From NCBI GenBank assembly GCA_020833025.1, contig JAJHRB010000015.1:1-27282 (forward strand): 27,282 bases of DNA, in the 5' to 3' direction. The position numbers were made by a program, and so were the translations under genes. Each line of letters begins with the position of its first letter. The first letter of the stretch is position 1. Below the pieces are notes generated by a model. The model saw nothing but the letters and a program-made list of their open reading frames with translations, ran no database searches and had not been told where the DNA came from. This document shows positions 25,917 to 27,282 of this stretch, in pieces. The DNA comes from Thermoproteaceae archaeon. GTDB taxonomy: Archaea > Thermoproteota > Thermoprotei > Thermoproteales > Thermoproteaceae.

Positions 25917-26384
25917 CTAAGTCCTGGTCTTCTCCTTCGCTGCCTTCCGTTGTTGCTTTCTCATTTTCTGTATGTGGGCTGCCAGTATCATTATAGGGCC
26001 TGCCATGACTCCCAACACTACTGTAAGTATTACAATAAGCGCGCCTAGGATTAGCCAAGCGAAGGGGTTGCGTCTCCACTCCCTGCCCATAACCATTTCA
26101 AAGGCCGCCAGGAACACGCCGAGTAGAATCACGCCGGCGACCAGGTATAGCCAAAGCTTAGCCACCACTACGACGTAAATGATGTAGACCGCTATCAAGC
26201 CGACTACCGCGTAGCCGAAGTATTGGTTTTTCGAAATCTCGTAAGCCCCCACCAGCAACGTGGCTACGGCGGCGAAAACCCAGAGGTTGGGGGGCGTTGG
26301 AAGGTTGATGTACTGCAGTGCAAACACAGACAACCACCAAACGCCTACGCCGGCCCAAAGCATCGTGTCATAATCAACACGCAT
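25917..26384 (-). CDS. Hypothetical integral membrane protein (likely start ATG 26384)
   Basis: About five hydrophobic segments and a basic C-terminal tail KMRKQQRKAAKEK. Confidence 0.7.
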   Translation of the reverse strand: MRVDYDTMLWAGVGVWWLSVFALQYINLPTPPNLWVFAAVATLLVGAYEISKNQYFGYAVVGLIAVYIIYVVVVAKLWLYLVAGVILLGVFLAAFEMVMGREWRRNPFAWLILGALIVILTVVLGVMAGPIMILAAHIQKMRKQQRKAAKEKTRT

Positions 26385-26605
26385 GGGCCAGGAGGTTCGT
26401 CGCATTTTAACGGTGAATTGCCAAACGTAGAGGGTTGCCGAGAGCACGCAGTGCGGTTCTGCGTCGCGCTCACCCTCTCAAGGCACGCCGATGGGATGCC
26501 CAACCCCGCTGTTTGTCGCATGTAAATGCCGCCCGCATGAATATCGCATGCTCTTGATTTTCGGGTCTCTCGCCCTCCCTGGAGGCGCGGACGTGGCCAC
26601 CAGCC

Positions 26606-27165
26606 TCATCCGTACCGGTCGAGCCTAACGCCCCTCTTCCTCTCCATCTCCCTCACGATGGCCACCAGCCTGTCTAAGTTGAGGTAGCCCGGGCCCAGGA
26701 ACGCGTCGGTGTCTATCTCCCCGAGGGCCCACGACAGGGCGTCGCTGACGCTGCAGGCGTACTTGAGGGCCTCGTCTTTGAGGTGCCGGCCCTCGCCGTA
26801 ATCGGCCATGAAGCCCGTGATGCGGTCCAGCAGTCCTTGAGCCTCCTCAGCTCCTCGGGCGCGCGGGGGCGCCCTCCCTGCGCCCTCTCGAGCAGCAGCC
26901 TCAGCTCGCCATCAATGTCGCGGTTCACGAGCCTGAGCGCAAGCTCGACGGCCCTCGCCATGCCGGGAATCCGCATCGCCTCCCTCTTGCACTCCTCAAC
27001 CGCCTGCGCCGCGGGCACCCCCTCCGCCACCTTGGGGCCGGCGCACTTGTAGACCACGTCGCGGAATACGTCCACTACAAGCGTGGCGATAGAAAAGTCA
27101 TGTCGCTCGAGCACGCCTGCTGGCAGCTCTGCCAGCGCCTTGAGCAGCTCCCTGGCATCCTCCAC
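26606..27165 (-). pseudogene. Helical hypothetical protein split by a frameshift near 26840-26880
   Basis: MEDARELL...ELRRLK turns to low-quality sequence while the adjacent frame reads AEEAQGLLDRITGFMADYGEGRHLKDEALKY...*. Confidence 0.6.
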
Positions 27166-27282
27166 GCCGCAACGGGTGGTTCCGGCAATATGTGCCTTCC
27201 GGGGGTTGCGGCACTCTGCGCAAAAACCGGGCGGTTTTGGCGCGGGAGCTGAAAGAGCGCGCCGCCTAGATTGGCACGAGAA

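Noticed and set aside
122-27052. Numerous overlapping antisense or alternate-frame ORFs in the track (e.g. 180-620, 5160-5708, 21362-21949, 24699-25475)
   Set aside because: They overlap well-supported genes and show GC-driven shadow composition.

Overview
Chromosomal window from a GC-rich Thermoproteaceae archaeon (Pyrobaculum-like, inferred from protein sequences and leaderless TATA-to-start spacing). Positions 1-22.1 kb are mostly intact housekeeping genes: initiator tRNA-Met, a HEPN-MNT pair, ITPase, KaiC-like ATPase, lysK, pus10, guaA, argS, aIF1, mtnP, aIF5A, DUF655, rpo4, rpl21e, a GPN GTPase, srp19, rps8e, a gar1-tfb-TFEbeta-thpR-cca operon, an N-terminal acetyltransferase, pyrB and pyrF. 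Decayed patches lie between them at about 10.0-10.7 kb and 18.9-19.8 kb. From 22.2 kb to the end is a scrambled accessory region: AT-rich orphans, a 5'-truncated DUF763 gene, an intact PaRep2b-type ORF with apparent LAGLIDADG-like motifs, degenerate repeats and frameshifted genes. The best leads are the PaRep2b ORF as a possible free-standing homing-endonuclease-like element, two candidate guide sRNAs and nested inverted repeats before argS. No CRISPR array, rRNA, integrase or transposase was seen. Family assignments come from motif recognition; no database search was run.
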